From a virus, in the IMG/VR virus record IMGVR_UViG_3300027969_000047: a stretch of 64,000 nt of DNA; one strand, written 5' to 3'. The position numbers and the translations under genes are program-made. Numbering within the stretch: position 1 is the first letter of the stretch; every line of letters begins with the position of its first letter. Shown here in pieces: positions 19,017 to 28,689 of the stretch. The notes beneath the pieces are model-generated. The model searched no databases. It saw only the letters and a list, made by a program, of their open reading frames with translations, and had not been told where the DNA came from.

Positions 19017-20007
19017 ATTTTTTACTCACATATTCTTTGAAAGATTCACTTGATAAAATGTCTTTCCAAAATGCTTCGGTTTGAGTTGCATCGAATCTAA
19101 CTTTGTCACCAATCTCACCAGTTGATTGATTGACTTTTGCATACCAACCAGGACTTGGTTTGGCAACAAACTTACCTTCCATTGCGACATCAAGTAGACC
19201 AGAGAATTTCTGAATACCACCTTCAAATGAAACTGCAATTGGTATCTTTGATTTCTCTCTCACATAACGAGACTTCTCAACATTGATGATGAAGTTATAA
19301 CCTGTGACTTCTGTACCATCTTTTTCTTGTTGGCGACCAATGATGAAGATGTTATCAGCAGAGTAGTAAGAGCCTGTACCACCACCAACGATATCTTTAG
19401 GATACAAACCAATCTCTTTGTATGTGTGATTCACAACAATCATTGGAATGTCTTTTAGATTCAAGTGTGGAGTAATCATACGAAACAAACTCTTCACTTG
19501 TTTTGCACGAGACATGTCTGCAACAGACTTACCTTCAAGTGCATCATCAACTTCTTTCTTTGATGCCAAGTTACCGATTGAGTCAAGAATAACAATCAGT
19601 TTGTCACCACGGTCAACACCTTGAAATTGTTGCATGATGTCAAACTTCAATTGTTCAATGTCAGTCAATGGTGTGTGTAGAACACGGTCCATGTCAATGC
19701 CAAATGTCTCAAAGTATTTGATGGGTGTGCCAAACTCTGAGTCATAGAACAAAAGAACTGCATCTTGATACTTGTCCATGTAAGACTTTGCCATGAGTAA
19801 AGAGAATGCAGTTTTAAAGTGTTTAGATGGTCCTGCCCACATTGTAAGACCTGGAGTCAATCCACCATCTAGCTTACCAGACAATGCCACATTGACCATT
19901 GGCACTCCAGTAGTAATCATATCTTTATTGTTAAAGAATTTTGATTTCGAAAGAATCGCCGTCTCTTTGATAGAGGAATTCTTTTTCAATTTTTCAAGTA
20001 TGCTCAT
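18949..20007 (-). CDS. uvsX: RecA-like recombinase
   Basis: AGPSKHFKT, YDSEFG, DSIGNLASKKE, GGGTG. Confidence 0.97.
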   Translation of the reverse strand: MSILEKLKKNSSIKETAILSKSKFFNNKDMITTGVPMVNVALSGKLDGGLTPGLTMWAGPSKHFKTAFSLLMAKSYMDKYQDAVLLFYDSEFGTPIKYFETFGIDMDRVLHTPLTDIEQLKFDIMQQFQGVDRGDKLIVILDSIGNLASKKEVDDALEGKSVADMSRAKQVKSLFRMITPHLNLKDIPMIVVNHTYKEIGLYPKDIVGGGTGSYYSADNIFIIGRQQEKDGTEVTGYNFIINVEKSRYVREKSKIPIAVSFEGGIQKFSGLLDVAMEGKFVAKPSPGWYAKVNQSTGEIGDKVRFDATQTEAFWKDILSSESFKEYVSKKYEISYGSILQTEELVHAEAEDA

Positions 20008-20825
20008 TTAAAATCTCCAGTCATATTAGTAATTTGTGTTTTCGGTATAACTTCTGAGTTTTCATCAACAAAGAAGTTGTCAATCGTATTTGTAGGTTTA
20101 GTTTCAGTTTTCTTTTTCTTATTCTTGTTCACTATTATATCAGGTGTCTTCTCAGATTGCAAGTTCTTTAGTGTCATATTAGCGGCAATCAATAACAAAA
20201 CTGCTAATGGGTCAAAGACAAAAATGATGATGAAGATAACCACTCTCACAGCTTTATCTATGAATTGGGCATCGTTTTTATCATACAACAACTCGGCGAC
20301 ATAGCGAATAGGACCAACATCTGCCATCAATTTATTTTCTTCAGTCATCAATGGCAATTTGTCTTTTGTTATCTGAGTCAACTCAACCTGAGTCTCTTGT
20401 ATTTGCTTATCGATTTTTCGACTTGCTGTTGCAGGGTCACCTGCCCTCTTCATCAAATATTCAAGTCTTTCTCTTGTCATCTTTTCTTGTGATTCAAGAG
20501 TCTTCAACTGAACCGTATTGGCACCAACTGATACAGTAGATTCAATGTGTGCTTTTGAAAGATAACCAAAGATACCCATCGATGTAATCAACATCAATAA
20601 GGCAACTGCAACTGTGAAATATGATTTCATCAAGATGGGTGCAGTCTTCCAGTTACGATACAACCATGATACAGTAACTAACTTAGATAACTCTAATGCA
20701 CCGCCCATCACAATGATTGGCCAATACGAACCAGGAAAGATTAAAGCAAGCCCCACTACCGAATAGTAACCTGCAATTGCTGATAGAATAATTGCTGTAA
20801 TGAATGGTAGTAGAACTTGTATCAT
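20004..20825 (-). CDS. Membrane protein with several TM helices and a coiled coil
   Basis: Hydrophobic N-terminal segments, coiled coil, FVFDPLAVLLL; ATGA overlaps on both sides. Confidence 0.7.
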   Translation of the reverse strand: MIQVLLPFITAIILSAIAGYYSVVGLALIFPGSYWPIIVMGGALELSKLVTVSWLYRNWKTAPILMKSYFTVAVALLMLITSMGIFGYLSKAHIESTVSVGANTVQLKTLESQEKMTRERLEYLMKRAGDPATASRKIDKQIQETQVELTQITKDKLPLMTEENKLMADVGPIRYVAELLYDKNDAQFIDKAVRVVIFIIIFVFDPLAVLLLIAANMTLKNLQSEKTPDIIVNKNKKKKTETKPTNTIDNFFVDENSEVIPKTQITNMTGDFK

Positions 20826-23362
20826 CCGAAGAAGTCTTCTAAAGAACTTTCTTTTACTGCTCTCCAACCAATGCAGTCAAGAACAATCTTCAAAGGCTCA
20901 ATGAATGATTTCTCAAACTGCATATCATAATCGATAACAGTAGTCATGTTCCATTCGGATGGCATACGACTTGCGAAAGAAAGTATGTTGGATTGAAATG
21001 TATTTGGTTCACGAAGAAAAATAAACTTAATCTTTTCACCTTCACGAATCAATTCATATCTCTTAGTCAACTTGTCAGCACGAAGTCTGTTATTGTGAAT
21101 CAATGCACCACGAACATGAATCGGTGTGCCTTTTGAAAAGATTGTCTTTTCATTAGCATACTCTTTCAAGCCATTCACTGTTCTTGGAAAAGAAATGTCT
21201 TCAATCGGAACTGACTTGAATTCTTTTCTAAACTTCTCAATGAAAGTATGTAACTCTTCTTCAGTACCACCAATGATAATCTTCAAGGCTTCTTTAATCT
21301 TATCACGACATGCACTTGGTGTTGATGATTTGATTGCCTCAAGACCTTGAATCTTGATTTGTGGTTCTGCATACTGAACACCTTCAGAATTATGTACATG
21401 AAGAATGTATCTCTTCTTAGCAGTCCAGATTGCTTTGTCTGCCAAGACCTCTCTCTTCATTTGCATTTTTTGCTGGTATGCGTGAACATAGTCAGCAAGC
21501 GTCTGATAACTTTCATCAATAAAAGGTTGAAGTTTATCTTCACAGACACGGTCCATGAAGGAGATGAGATTGTTAACATCTGTTGTTTTTGAATAGACCT
21601 TATCAACAAGCGGACCAAGATTAAGATAAATCGAATCTGTGTCTGAGGCGAGAACATAATCAACTTCATTTGTTTTCAATAAATTATTCATGTATTGATT
21701 GATACGATTTTCAATCCATCTAATACTTAGTTGACCTGCTAAGGTAATACCTTCTGCTTGTCTCACATCAAAGAATCTGAAGTATTGATTACCCAAAGCA
21801 CCATAAGCAGAATTCAGACCAACTTTCTTAGCCAACTGAAGATTCTTGTATCTTGAAATGTGATTACTCAATTCTCTTTTCGTTACAAGATTCGTTTCAA
21901 CTTCATACTTCTGCTGTGCCTCAATCATGCTCTTCTTATAAACTACACGACCATCATACATTCTTTCCATAATGTCTGGAAGAAAGCCTTTGATATCTGT
22001 GCGAAAGAATTGTCCGTTTGGAGTCAGAGTCACATTTTTCAATCTTGATGTGTCAATTTGACATGTCAAGAGTTTATCAACTGTAACACCTTGGGCAATG
22101 ATTTCACGCATCTCTGGTGTATAATCACGAGGCTCAACCAATGTCTCTGGTGAGATATTGTATTGCATAATCAAATGCGGATACAAACTGTTCAAGTCAA
22201 ACGATGCAACAAAATCATGCTTACCTACTTGTGGGTCTTTAACATATGCACCTTCATAGGCAGTGTCTTTAGCAGTAGTTCTCTTTGGTGGAACAATGAT
22301 GTTCTTTGAACGAAGGTGATTGAATGTGATTGCATCCCACATACGGACTTGCGTAAACACATCATCATAATTCACTTTGTTGTCGTAAGCCAAAGTCAAT
22401 GCCATGTCAATCAAACGACCTTTGGCATTCAGTTTTTCTACAAGTTCTACATCTCGAATGTTGTACTCAATGAATAACTGAAAGTTCTCACGATACAGTG
22501 CTTGCAAGCTATCATACTCATCATATGAAATCTTTTCACCGACTTTTTCTACCTGTGCAATATGGTCAAGACGATATGATTCTTGCGAATAGTTTGGCGC
22601 ATATTTGCGAAACAATTGCATATAGTCTAGTGTTGGCACACCAACTAAGTCATAGATTTTATTTGTCTTACCATAGAAGGTTTCTTCACGAACAGATATT
22701 AGACCCCAAGGAGAAAGTTTCTTAACTTCTTTCTCATCATAAAGTCTTTCGATTCGATTGTGTAGATATGGTACATCGAAGCCTTTGACATTCCAACCAG
22801 TCAATGCATCAGGATAATGTTTCTGCCAGAATTCTAAAAATCTTGCAAGCAAAGACAATTCATCTTTACATTGTGTATAGATGATATCATCACGATGCGG
22901 TTTGAAGTCACCACATGCGAACACATGAAATTTTGAATCTGTAGAAAGTTTAACTGTGATTGCAGTCACAGGTTCAGATGCTAATGATGGTTCAGGAAAA
23001 CCATTCTCAGAACCAACCTCAATATCAAGATAAGCTACACAAACATCTTGAACATTCCAGTCAATAGTTTCTTCTGGATGCTCATCTGAAATGTAAACAT
23101 ATTCGTAACGATTGTTACCATAGATTTCAAAGTTATCGACACCTTCATATCTTTTCACAAAGTCACGGGCATCACGAATACTCTCAAACTTCATCGGTTC
23201 AAGATAGTCACCTTTGAGGGTTTTGAATTTTGTTTGTTTTTTAGCAGGTAAAAACAAAGTCGGCGTATAAGGAACTTTCTCTTTTATACGCCGACCGTTC
23301 TCTACACCACGATAGAGAATGTTGTTACCTACACAGTTTACGCTGGTGTAGAATTTACTCAT
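20822..23362 (-). CDS. 43: Family B DNA polymerase
   Basis: DIE exo I, GWNVKGFD, FDLNSLYP, KxxxNSxYG, DTDS; uninterrupted. Confidence 0.98.
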   Translation of the reverse strand: MSKFYTSVNCVGNNILYRGVENGRRIKEKVPYTPTLFLPAKKQTKFKTLKGDYLEPMKFESIRDARDFVKRYEGVDNFEIYGNNRYEYVYISDEHPEETIDWNVQDVCVAYLDIEVGSENGFPEPSLASEPVTAITVKLSTDSKFHVFACGDFKPHRDDIIYTQCKDELSLLARFLEFWQKHYPDALTGWNVKGFDVPYLHNRIERLYDEKEVKKLSPWGLISVREETFYGKTNKIYDLVGVPTLDYMQLFRKYAPNYSQESYRLDHIAQVEKVGEKISYDEYDSLQALYRENFQLFIEYNIRDVELVEKLNAKGRLIDMALTLAYDNKVNYDDVFTQVRMWDAITFNHLRSKNIIVPPKRTTAKDTAYEGAYVKDPQVGKHDFVASFDLNSLYPHLIMQYNISPETLVEPRDYTPEMREIIAQGVTVDKLLTCQIDTSRLKNVTLTPNGQFFRTDIKGFLPDIMERMYDGRVVYKKSMIEAQQKYEVETNLVTKRELSNHISRYKNLQLAKKVGLNSAYGALGNQYFRFFDVRQAEGITLAGQLSIRWIENRINQYMNNLLKTNEVDYVLASDTDSIYLNLGPLVDKVYSKTTDVNNLISFMDRVCEDKLQPFIDESYQTLADYVHAYQQKMQMKREVLADKAIWTAKKRYILHVHNSEGVQYAEPQIKIQGLEAIKSSTPSACRDKIKEALKIIIGGTEEELHTFIEKFRKEFKSVPIEDISFPRTVNGLKEYANEKTIFSKGTPIHVRGALIHNNRLRADKLTKRYELIREGEKIKFIFLREPNTFQSNILSFASRMPSEWNMTTVIDYDMQFEKSFIEPLKIVLDCIGWRAVKESSLEDFFG

Positions 23363-23368
23363 TCAGTT

Positions 23369-23377
23369 ATTGTATCA
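23369..23377 (-). promoter_or_regulatory. Extended -10 promoter (TG-n-TACAAT) 6 nt before the gene 43 ATG
   Basis: TGATACAATAACTGAATG; no SD. Confidence 0.5.
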
Positions 23378-23683
23378 TTATTTAGGGATAGATGTGGCAA
23401 TTTGAATACCGCTACCAAACACAGAATTGTATTGATTCTCAAGTTCAACCACTGGTGTTGTGATGCAAAGAATGTCGTTACGGTGAAACGATATTCCTGT
23501 TTTGAATTCAGCACAGTAGTCTAAGAAAGGAGAGAAAGCCATGCCGCCTTGGTCTTGGGCACTCTTTGGAGGAATCACAACAACTTGAACAGGTTGTTTG
23601 ATTTTGATTGTTTCATTACTAACATCAACATCACCTAAGATGGTGTGGTTTGTTTTGAAAGTGATTAGCAATATCTTGTTCAT
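23378..23683 (-). CDS. Conserved-type T4-like hypothetical protein (Sm-like fold possible)
   Basis: 101 aa ending YNSVFGSGI. Confidence 0.65.
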   Translation of the reverse strand: MNKILLITFKTNHTILGDVDVSNETIKIKQPVQVVVIPPKSAQDQGGMAFSPFLDYCAEFKTGISFHRNDILCITTPVVELENQYNSVFGSGIQIATSIPK

Positions 23684-23907
23684 GCAAGACTCACTTTCGT
23701 GCTTGCATCAAGCACGGCTAAGGTTACCCAACGCTTGGGTACGAGCATTTCTCTACCAGAGAAATCATTCATGTTCACTGTTGGGTCAGGAACTCGACCA
23801 ATCAACTCGACCATATTGTCGAAGTCACGAAGAACCAAATCGTACCGGTCTGCACGAGGAAGTTTCTTTTCGATTGCAATTTTCTTAGCAATTTCAAAAA
23901 TATTCAT
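23680..23907 (-). CDS. Hypothetical protein
   Basis: 75 aa; sigma70 promoter upstream. Confidence 0.6.
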   Translation of the reverse strand: MNIFEIAKKIAIEKKLPRADRYDLVLRDFDNMVELIGRVPDPTVNMNDFSGREMLVPKRWVTLAVLDASTKVSLA

Positions 23908-23934
23908 ATTCTCTTTCATTAACATTAAAAAAAC

Positions 23935-23963
23935 ATTATAACATAGTTCATGTTAGAATGCAA
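23935..23963 (-). promoter_or_regulatory. Sigma70-type promoter TTGCAT-N17-TATAAT with TG extension
   Basis: Read directly; intergenic. Confidence 0.7.
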
Positions 23964-23979
23964 TAGCTATGTTAGATTA

Positions 23980-24336
23980 TTACCTAACATATTCCTTCAA
24001 GTCAGGAGGTTTCCATCCCTCTGGCTTCAAGATTTTACCGTCTGCACGGCGTATTACTTTACCAGTTGCTTTATCAACTTTGGCAAAATTAGATTTGGCA
24101 ACTTCATCCCAAGCCAATGACACTTTGAATTTTTTCATGTGACAGTAGCCTAGAATGACCCAAATCATATCTACACATGCATCTAGTTGTTCAACATTAT
24201 CTTCATCAAGAAGTGCTTCCTTAAACTCATTAAACTCTTCTTCAATTAATTTTGCATAAAGTTCAGCATTTTCTTCTGAAGAATGTTGTTCACATGCAAG
24301 TTGAAATGCGTGAACATCAAGTGGCATGTTAGTCAT
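23980..24336 (-). CDS. MazG-like/all-alpha NTP pyrophosphatase
   Basis: EEFNE...DACVD...SN..K...DGKILKP. Confidence 0.85.
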   Translation of the reverse strand: MTNMPLDVHAFQLACEQHSSEENAELYAKLIEEEFNEFKEALLDEDNVEQLDACVDMIWVILGYCHMKKFKVSLAWDEVAKSNFAKVDKATGKVIRRADGKILKPEGWKPPDLKEYVR

Positions 24337-24337
24337 A

Positions 24338-24949
24338 TTAAAGTACCTGTAAATTATTGTTCCAATGTTTTGTTCGGTCTTCTAATCCAATTGTACCACC
24401 ATTGATTCGTTTAGTCATCAAGGTAATATCTTTCTTATCTGCAATCTCATTCAATCCATTCTTCTTCCAGAACCAACATGCAGATTCAATTGCACCTTCT
24501 AGTGTTTCAAGATATATGATAGTCTCATCAATAGTCTTGCCAATATCTTTTGCAAATGCAGTGTAGTTGCTACATCCAGTCAATTGTATTGCACCACGAC
24601 CACGATACTTGTAGCCATCACCAGATGCCTCATTACCATTACCCATACGAGATGCATAAACACGATTAGCAATCATCTCTGGCTTGCGTTCATATTTTGC
24701 GGCAGTCGCATCATCAGGAAAATACTTACCAAATGTTCCACGAAGACCTTTAGCACCATAATTCAAATTCTCTTTTAGAACAGTGAAGTCTAAAGATTCA
24801 TGCCCACATTGTGCTAGAAAACCAGCAACTCTTTCTTTAGTGTTTATCTGATACTTCTCAAACACTTTATTGAATGCGTTCAACAGACCTGCATGGTCTT
24901 TGTTATTTGGTACGCACTTTTTTAGTTTTTCCAGATTTAGTTCGACCAT
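24338..24949 (-). CDS. Glycoside hydrolase family 19 endolysin
   Basis: FLAQCGHES, ENLNY, YRGRGAIQLTG, TKRINGG. Confidence 0.92.
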   Translation of the reverse strand: MVELNLEKLKKCVPNNKDHAGLLNAFNKVFEKYQINTKERVAGFLAQCGHESLDFTVLKENLNYGAKGLRGTFGKYFPDDATAAKYERKPEMIANRVYASRMGNGNEASGDGYKYRGRGAIQLTGCSNYTAFAKDIGKTIDETIIYLETLEGAIESACWFWKKNGLNEIADKKDITLMTKRINGGTIGLEDRTKHWNNNLQVL

Positions 24950-25121
24950 CTCTTTTGTCCTTTGTTAGATTTTTTATGAATACTTTTCCATCTTTCAATT
25001 TATAATCTAAAGTATCACCAATCTCCCATCCTAATTGTGTTACCAATTCATCTGGCAGTTCGACAATAGCGTCACCGTTATCGCATATTTCAACGACCTT
25101 TGTAGTATATATCTTGCTCAT
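24903..25121 (-). CDS. AbrB/MazE/SpoVT-like small DNA-binding protein
   Basis: GDAIVELPDELVTQLGWEIGD pattern. Confidence 0.65.
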   Translation of the reverse strand: MSKIYTTKVVEICDNGDAIVELPDELVTQLGWEIGDTLDYKLKDGKVFIKNLTKDKRDGRTKSGKTKKVRTK

Positions 25122-25567
25122 ACTTGTTCCACCTCAATACCGGAATTTTTGAGAAATACGACACCAGCAATATCCCTATAAGTGTTACGATATAGAACAC
25201 TGCTAATACCACTTTGGTATATAAGTTTGGCGCAGTCCAAACATGGAGCATGGGTAATGAACATAGTAGCACCCATACCAGATTCGGTAGATTTAGCAAG
25301 TTTTGCAATTGCATTCGTTTCAGCATGTAACACCTCTGGTTTGGTTCTTAATCGATGGGATATGATAGAACCTTCAAATCCTGCGTAGCCATCTACAACT
25401 TCATATTCACATTCGTTTGTCCATCCAGAAGGCATGCCATTGTAACCGATTGATATGATGCGGTCATCTTTCACAACAATGGCACCAACATGAAGTCTTG
25501 TTGCAGTAGAGCATTCAGCAAATATTTCTGCTGTCTTCATGTATGCATCAATTAGTTTAGGCTTCAT
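25118..25567 (-). CDS. cd: dCMP deaminase
   Basis: GYNG, HAETNA, PCLDC zinc motifs. Confidence 0.92.
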   Translation of the reverse strand: MKPKLIDAYMKTAEIFAECSTATRLHVGAIVVKDDRIISIGYNGMPSGWTNECEYEVVDGYAGFEGSIISHRLRTKPEVLHAETNAIAKLAKSTESGMGATMFITHAPCLDCAKLIYQSGISSVLYRNTYRDIAGVVFLKNSGIEVEQV

Positions 25568-25733
25568 TCTTATCTTTGCGAGATTTACCAGATTCACGCT
25601 TTGCTTTTTCACCAGCAAGTTGTGATTGAATCATCATTCTTTTGAATTCATTGCGTTCACTGTCATTCACAATTGAACACATCATTCTCTTAGTTGTTTT
25701 CGATAGTCGAAAATTCTTATCAGGTTTTAACAT
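25557..25733 (-). CDS. Small basic hypothetical protein
   Basis: 58 aa; TGATG overlap with the upstream gene. Confidence 0.55.
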   Translation of the reverse strand: MLKPDKNFRLSKTTKRMMCSIVNDSERNEFKRMMIQSQLAGEKAKRESGKSRKDKNEA

Positions 25734-26404
25734 CAGTCCCATAGCCCTTCATAATATTTACCAAACAAACGAAAGCCGTTTGTAATTCTTTCCTGAACCA
25801 CTTTCATACCATCATAGTCACATTTATATGTGTGATTTGGTCCATCAGCCATTTGGTACATTGTGGCTTTGCCGTTTTCATCCCATTGACAAGCAACTGA
25901 TTTGTGGTCGATATGACCATATCGAAATTTTTCTTGCCATGAATCATCAATTTTACATTCGAAAGAAAAAATCATCTCATCAAGTACCCAATCCCAGCGT
26001 TTGAAATGATTGTTATCAGTGTCCCATTCATTTTCTTTTGCTGGCGCTGAAGTAGATTTCAATTCTTCTGGAACATCTTCATCATCAACATAAGGTGCAC
26101 CATGTTTACTTTCTTTCAACTGTTTCAACATTGGCAGAATGATATCTGCTAATGTGTGGTCCATTGACCAAGTATCGTATCTGTCAATCTTCACATAGTT
26201 GATTTGCGGATGAACAAAATTGAGAAACTTAGTCCACGCACCACAAATTGGATTTAGAAAATTAATCCACTTATCATATTTGTGACCAGGAACTTCTTCG
26301 TGGTTGTAAAACACATCATCATCTTTCTCCCAAAAACAAACAGTCTTCAGAATAGTATATGGTGATACCCAATGATTACGATAACCGCTTTTGTAGATTT
26401 TCAT
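25733..26404 (-). CDS. Hypothetical protein
   Basis: 223 aa; DTWSMDHTLA...WDWVLDEMI...LFGKYY. Confidence 0.75.
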   Translation of the reverse strand: MKIYKSGYRNHWVSPYTILKTVCFWEKDDDVFYNHEEVPGHKYDKWINFLNPICGAWTKFLNFVHPQINYVKIDRYDTWSMDHTLADIILPMLKQLKESKHGAPYVDDEDVPEELKSTSAPAKENEWDTDNNHFKRWDWVLDEMIFSFECKIDDSWQEKFRYGHIDHKSVACQWDENGKATMYQMADGPNHTYKCDYDGMKVVQERITNGFRLFGKYYEGLWD

Positions 26405-26679
26405 TCTTTATAATCAATCTTGTTAATAAAACTCAACTTCTTTTCTTCAGACCAAGAAGCCATGTACTGATTGTCCTTATCGAACAATGTCAGGTATTCT
26501 TCTTTTGAAATTTCACGAGAACTAAAAATCGATTCATCGATATGTTCTTGTGAAAATTCTTTGAAAGAATCATTACCTCTTTCCATAATGACTTCATCAT
26601 GTGAATGAGACTCTTCTTTAGCCTCAACAACATAACGCATACGAAACATCGAAACAGTCTCAACAATATATAACGGCAT
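26401..26679 (-). CDS. Hypothetical protein
   Basis: 92 aa, coupled overlaps. Confidence 0.65.
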   Translation of the reverse strand: MPLYIVETVSMFRMRYVVEAKEESHSHDEVIMERGNDSFKEFSQEHIDESIFSSREISKEEYLTLFDKDNQYMASWSEEKKLSFINKIDYKE

Positions 26680-26963
26680 TATAACATCCTTATTAAACCA
26701 ACAAAATCAATACTCACTAACAGAAGGTAGTTGGCTAACATACCAAATGATTTTCTAGAATAAGCAGCCCAAGCATACAAGGCACAACCAGCAATCCACA
26801 CAGGATATAAAGCAAGAAGAGGAGGGGTTGGGACTGTGAGTGCCATGGTAATTGAACAGCCAATACTAATAGCCCAAGCCAACAACTCAATAGCAAACCG
26901 TATGCGATTAGAAGAGTAATCATCTTTTATCCATTGCAAAGTAGGGCGAAACAATTCTATCAT
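26679..26963 (-). CDS. Small membrane protein (about 3 TM)
   Basis: 94 aa with three hydrophobic stretches. Confidence 0.7.
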   Translation of the reverse strand: MIELFRPTLQWIKDDYSSNRIRFAIELLAWAISIGCSITMALTVPTPPLLALYPVWIAGCALYAWAAYSRKSFGMLANYLLLVSIDFVGLIRML

Positions 26964-27904
26964 ATTTCAACACTCACCAATTTAAATGAATCAGCACGAC
27001 TTTCGTAATTGATATAACCACGAGGGTTACAAACAATGCGAGTCGAACCTAGCATGTAGTCAAAGTCTTCATGCGTATGCCCATGAGTCCACAATTTGAT
27101 TTGTGGATGTGCTAAGATGAATTCATTTAAGTCAGTAGAGTAACCACCATTCATCACTGTATCATGTTGATAGCGAGGATGAGTAGATGCTTTGCTTGGT
27201 GCGTGATGACCAACAACTACAAACTTCTGGTCGAACTTACCTTCAATCACAGTCTGAATATATTGCATAAATTTCTTGTGGTCTTCAACTGCATCTTCTG
27301 GAGAAAATGTTGAAGGCTCAGATTTTCTTTTATACCCAATCTCAATGTAATCGCCACCCTCTTTCGTAAGGTACATGCCGCCATTCTTACCATCTTCAGT
27401 GTACAATGGATTCTCTTCATAGATTGGAACTTTACGCTCAAGCATACGATTAGAATTTTTCACACAACGAAAGTCATTCATCATTACACGAATGTGACTC
27501 AGTGTCATCTCATCACTGTTGTTCATATCAGTCCACAGTGTACCACCAACAAATGTCACTTCATCAATTGTCTTAACTTCTTTGTCAAGCAAGTAAACAT
27601 TGCTCAACATGTTAGACTCTAACATTGATTTGATTTTGTTTCCACTTGTTGCAAAGTCACCATTGTAATGTTCATGGTTACCCATGATGTACACTACATG
27701 TGGAAATTGAAACGAACATCTTTTGAAGAAGTCGGTAACACGATTGCTACGAGCACCTTCTAAGAGGTTGTTTGGGTCAGGTCGACCAATGTCTGCGGCA
27801 ACGCAAATGTCACCACTGAGGATAAGAACATCGGCATTGTTATCATTGTTGATAAACAAGTCACCGAATTCTAAGTGTATATCTGATGCGATTGAAATTT
27901 TCAT
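26960..27904 (-). CDS. Calcineurin-like metallophosphoesterase
   Basis: SDIH, GD, GNHEHY, GHH, GHTH motifs. Confidence 0.92.
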   Translation of the reverse strand: MKISIASDIHLEFGDLFINNDNNADVLILSGDICVAADIGRPDPNNLLEGARSNRVTDFFKRCSFQFPHVVYIMGNHEHYNGDFATSGNKIKSMLESNMLSNVYLLDKEVKTIDEVTFVGGTLWTDMNNSDEMTLSHIRVMMNDFRCVKNSNRMLERKVPIYEENPLYTEDGKNGGMYLTKEGGDYIEIGYKRKSEPSTFSPEDAVEDHKKFMQYIQTVIEGKFDQKFVVVGHHAPSKASTHPRYQHDTVMNGGYSTDLNEFILAHPQIKLWTHGHTHEDFDYMLGSTRIVCNPRGYINYESRADSFKLVSVEI

Positions 27905-27944
27905 AATGTAAGTATAACATAAAAAAATAAGTTGTGGGGCAAAG

Positions 27945-27966
27945 ATGGGAGCCAAAAGGCTCCCAA
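27945..27966 (-). terminator. Hairpin downstream of hsp20
   Basis: TGGGAGCC-TTTT-GGCTCCCA followed by a T-rich tract. Confidence 0.65.
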
Positions 27967-27969
27967 CAA

Positions 27970-28434
27970 TCAACTCACTGTTTCAGAAAGTAATTGTTTT
28001 TTGGTAAAATTGAGTTCTTTGCTCAACTCAATTTTTCTTGGTTTCTTATGCTCAGGAATTACATTCTCTAAAGCAATTTTAAGAATACCATCTTTGAATT
28101 GGGCACCACGAACCTCAATACTTTCACTCAGTCTAATTGACTTGGTAAAAGAACGAGTAGCAATGCCACGATACAAATATTCCACTTCTGTTTGGTCTCT
28201 CTTTTCACCCTTAACGACTAGTGTGCCGTCTTGAAGTTCAACATCAATTTCATCTTGACTGAAACCAGCAACAGCCATTTCAACGACATACTTGCTGTCA
28301 TCGATTTTGATGATGTTGTGTGGGGGAAAAGATGTATTGCGTTGTGGTGCAGTACCTTCAACAAGTTTTTCCAACTCATTGAACAGGTGGTCGAAACCAA
28401 CAAATTGTGGATATAGTGCTGTTAAGCGTGTCAT
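27970..28434 (-). CDS. hsp20: Small heat-shock protein Hsp20 (IbpA-like)
   Basis: FPPHNI, EMAVAGF, YRGIATRSF, DGIL, PEHKKPRKI. Confidence 0.95.
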   Translation of the reverse strand: MTRLTALYPQFVGFDHLFNELEKLVEGTAPQRNTSFPPHNIIKIDDSKYVVEMAVAGFSQDEIDVELQDGTLVVKGEKRDQTEVEYLYRGIATRSFTKSIRLSESIEVRGAQFKDGILKIALENVIPEHKKPRKIELSKELNFTKKQLLSETVS

Positions 28435-28440
28435 AGTTTT

Positions 28441-28485
28441 CTCCTTTTAAGCGAGTTACAAAATTAGTGACCCCGAAGGCATCAC
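28441..28485 (-). ncRNA. ROSE-like RNA thermometer leader of hsp20
   Basis: CUCGCU-UAAA-AGGAG hairpin with a bulged G opposite the SD, plus an upstream C(UUCG)G hairpin. Confidence 0.65.
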
Positions 28486-28489
28486 ATTT

Positions 28490-28675
28490 CTATTTATCCT
28501 GGACCTCGAAGGCATTCAGGTTAACTAGAAATTCTCTCTGAGGGTTCTCTTCTTTGAAAACCTTCACAAATGTTATGTTCTCTGACGATACAGTCTCTTT
28601 GATATTTCTTGCATAGACAATATCACCAGAGTATCTGTTCTTTAACTTCACAATTTTTTCTTTCACATTTTTCAT
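28490..28675 (-). CDS. Hypothetical protein
   Basis: 61 aa between regA and hsp20. Confidence 0.6.
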   Translation of the reverse strand: MKNVKEKIVKLKNRYSGDIVYARNIKETVSSENITFVKVFKEENPQREFLVNLNAFEVQDK

Positions 28676-28689
28676 AATAAAATCTCATA

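Noticed and set aside
21457-21669. Alternate-frame hydrophobic ORF inside gene 43
   Set aside because: No SD; its Leu/Ile/Met-rich composition is the expected off-frame reading of T-ending codons
23940-23973. AACATAG...CTATGTT inverted repeat around the promoter at 23935-23963
   Set aside because: Short, single occurrence; I cannot distinguish an operator from chance
24338-25121. AbrB-like gene + GH19 as a toxin-antitoxin pair
   Set aside because: The neighbour is a recognisable lysin; no adjacent toxin-like ORF
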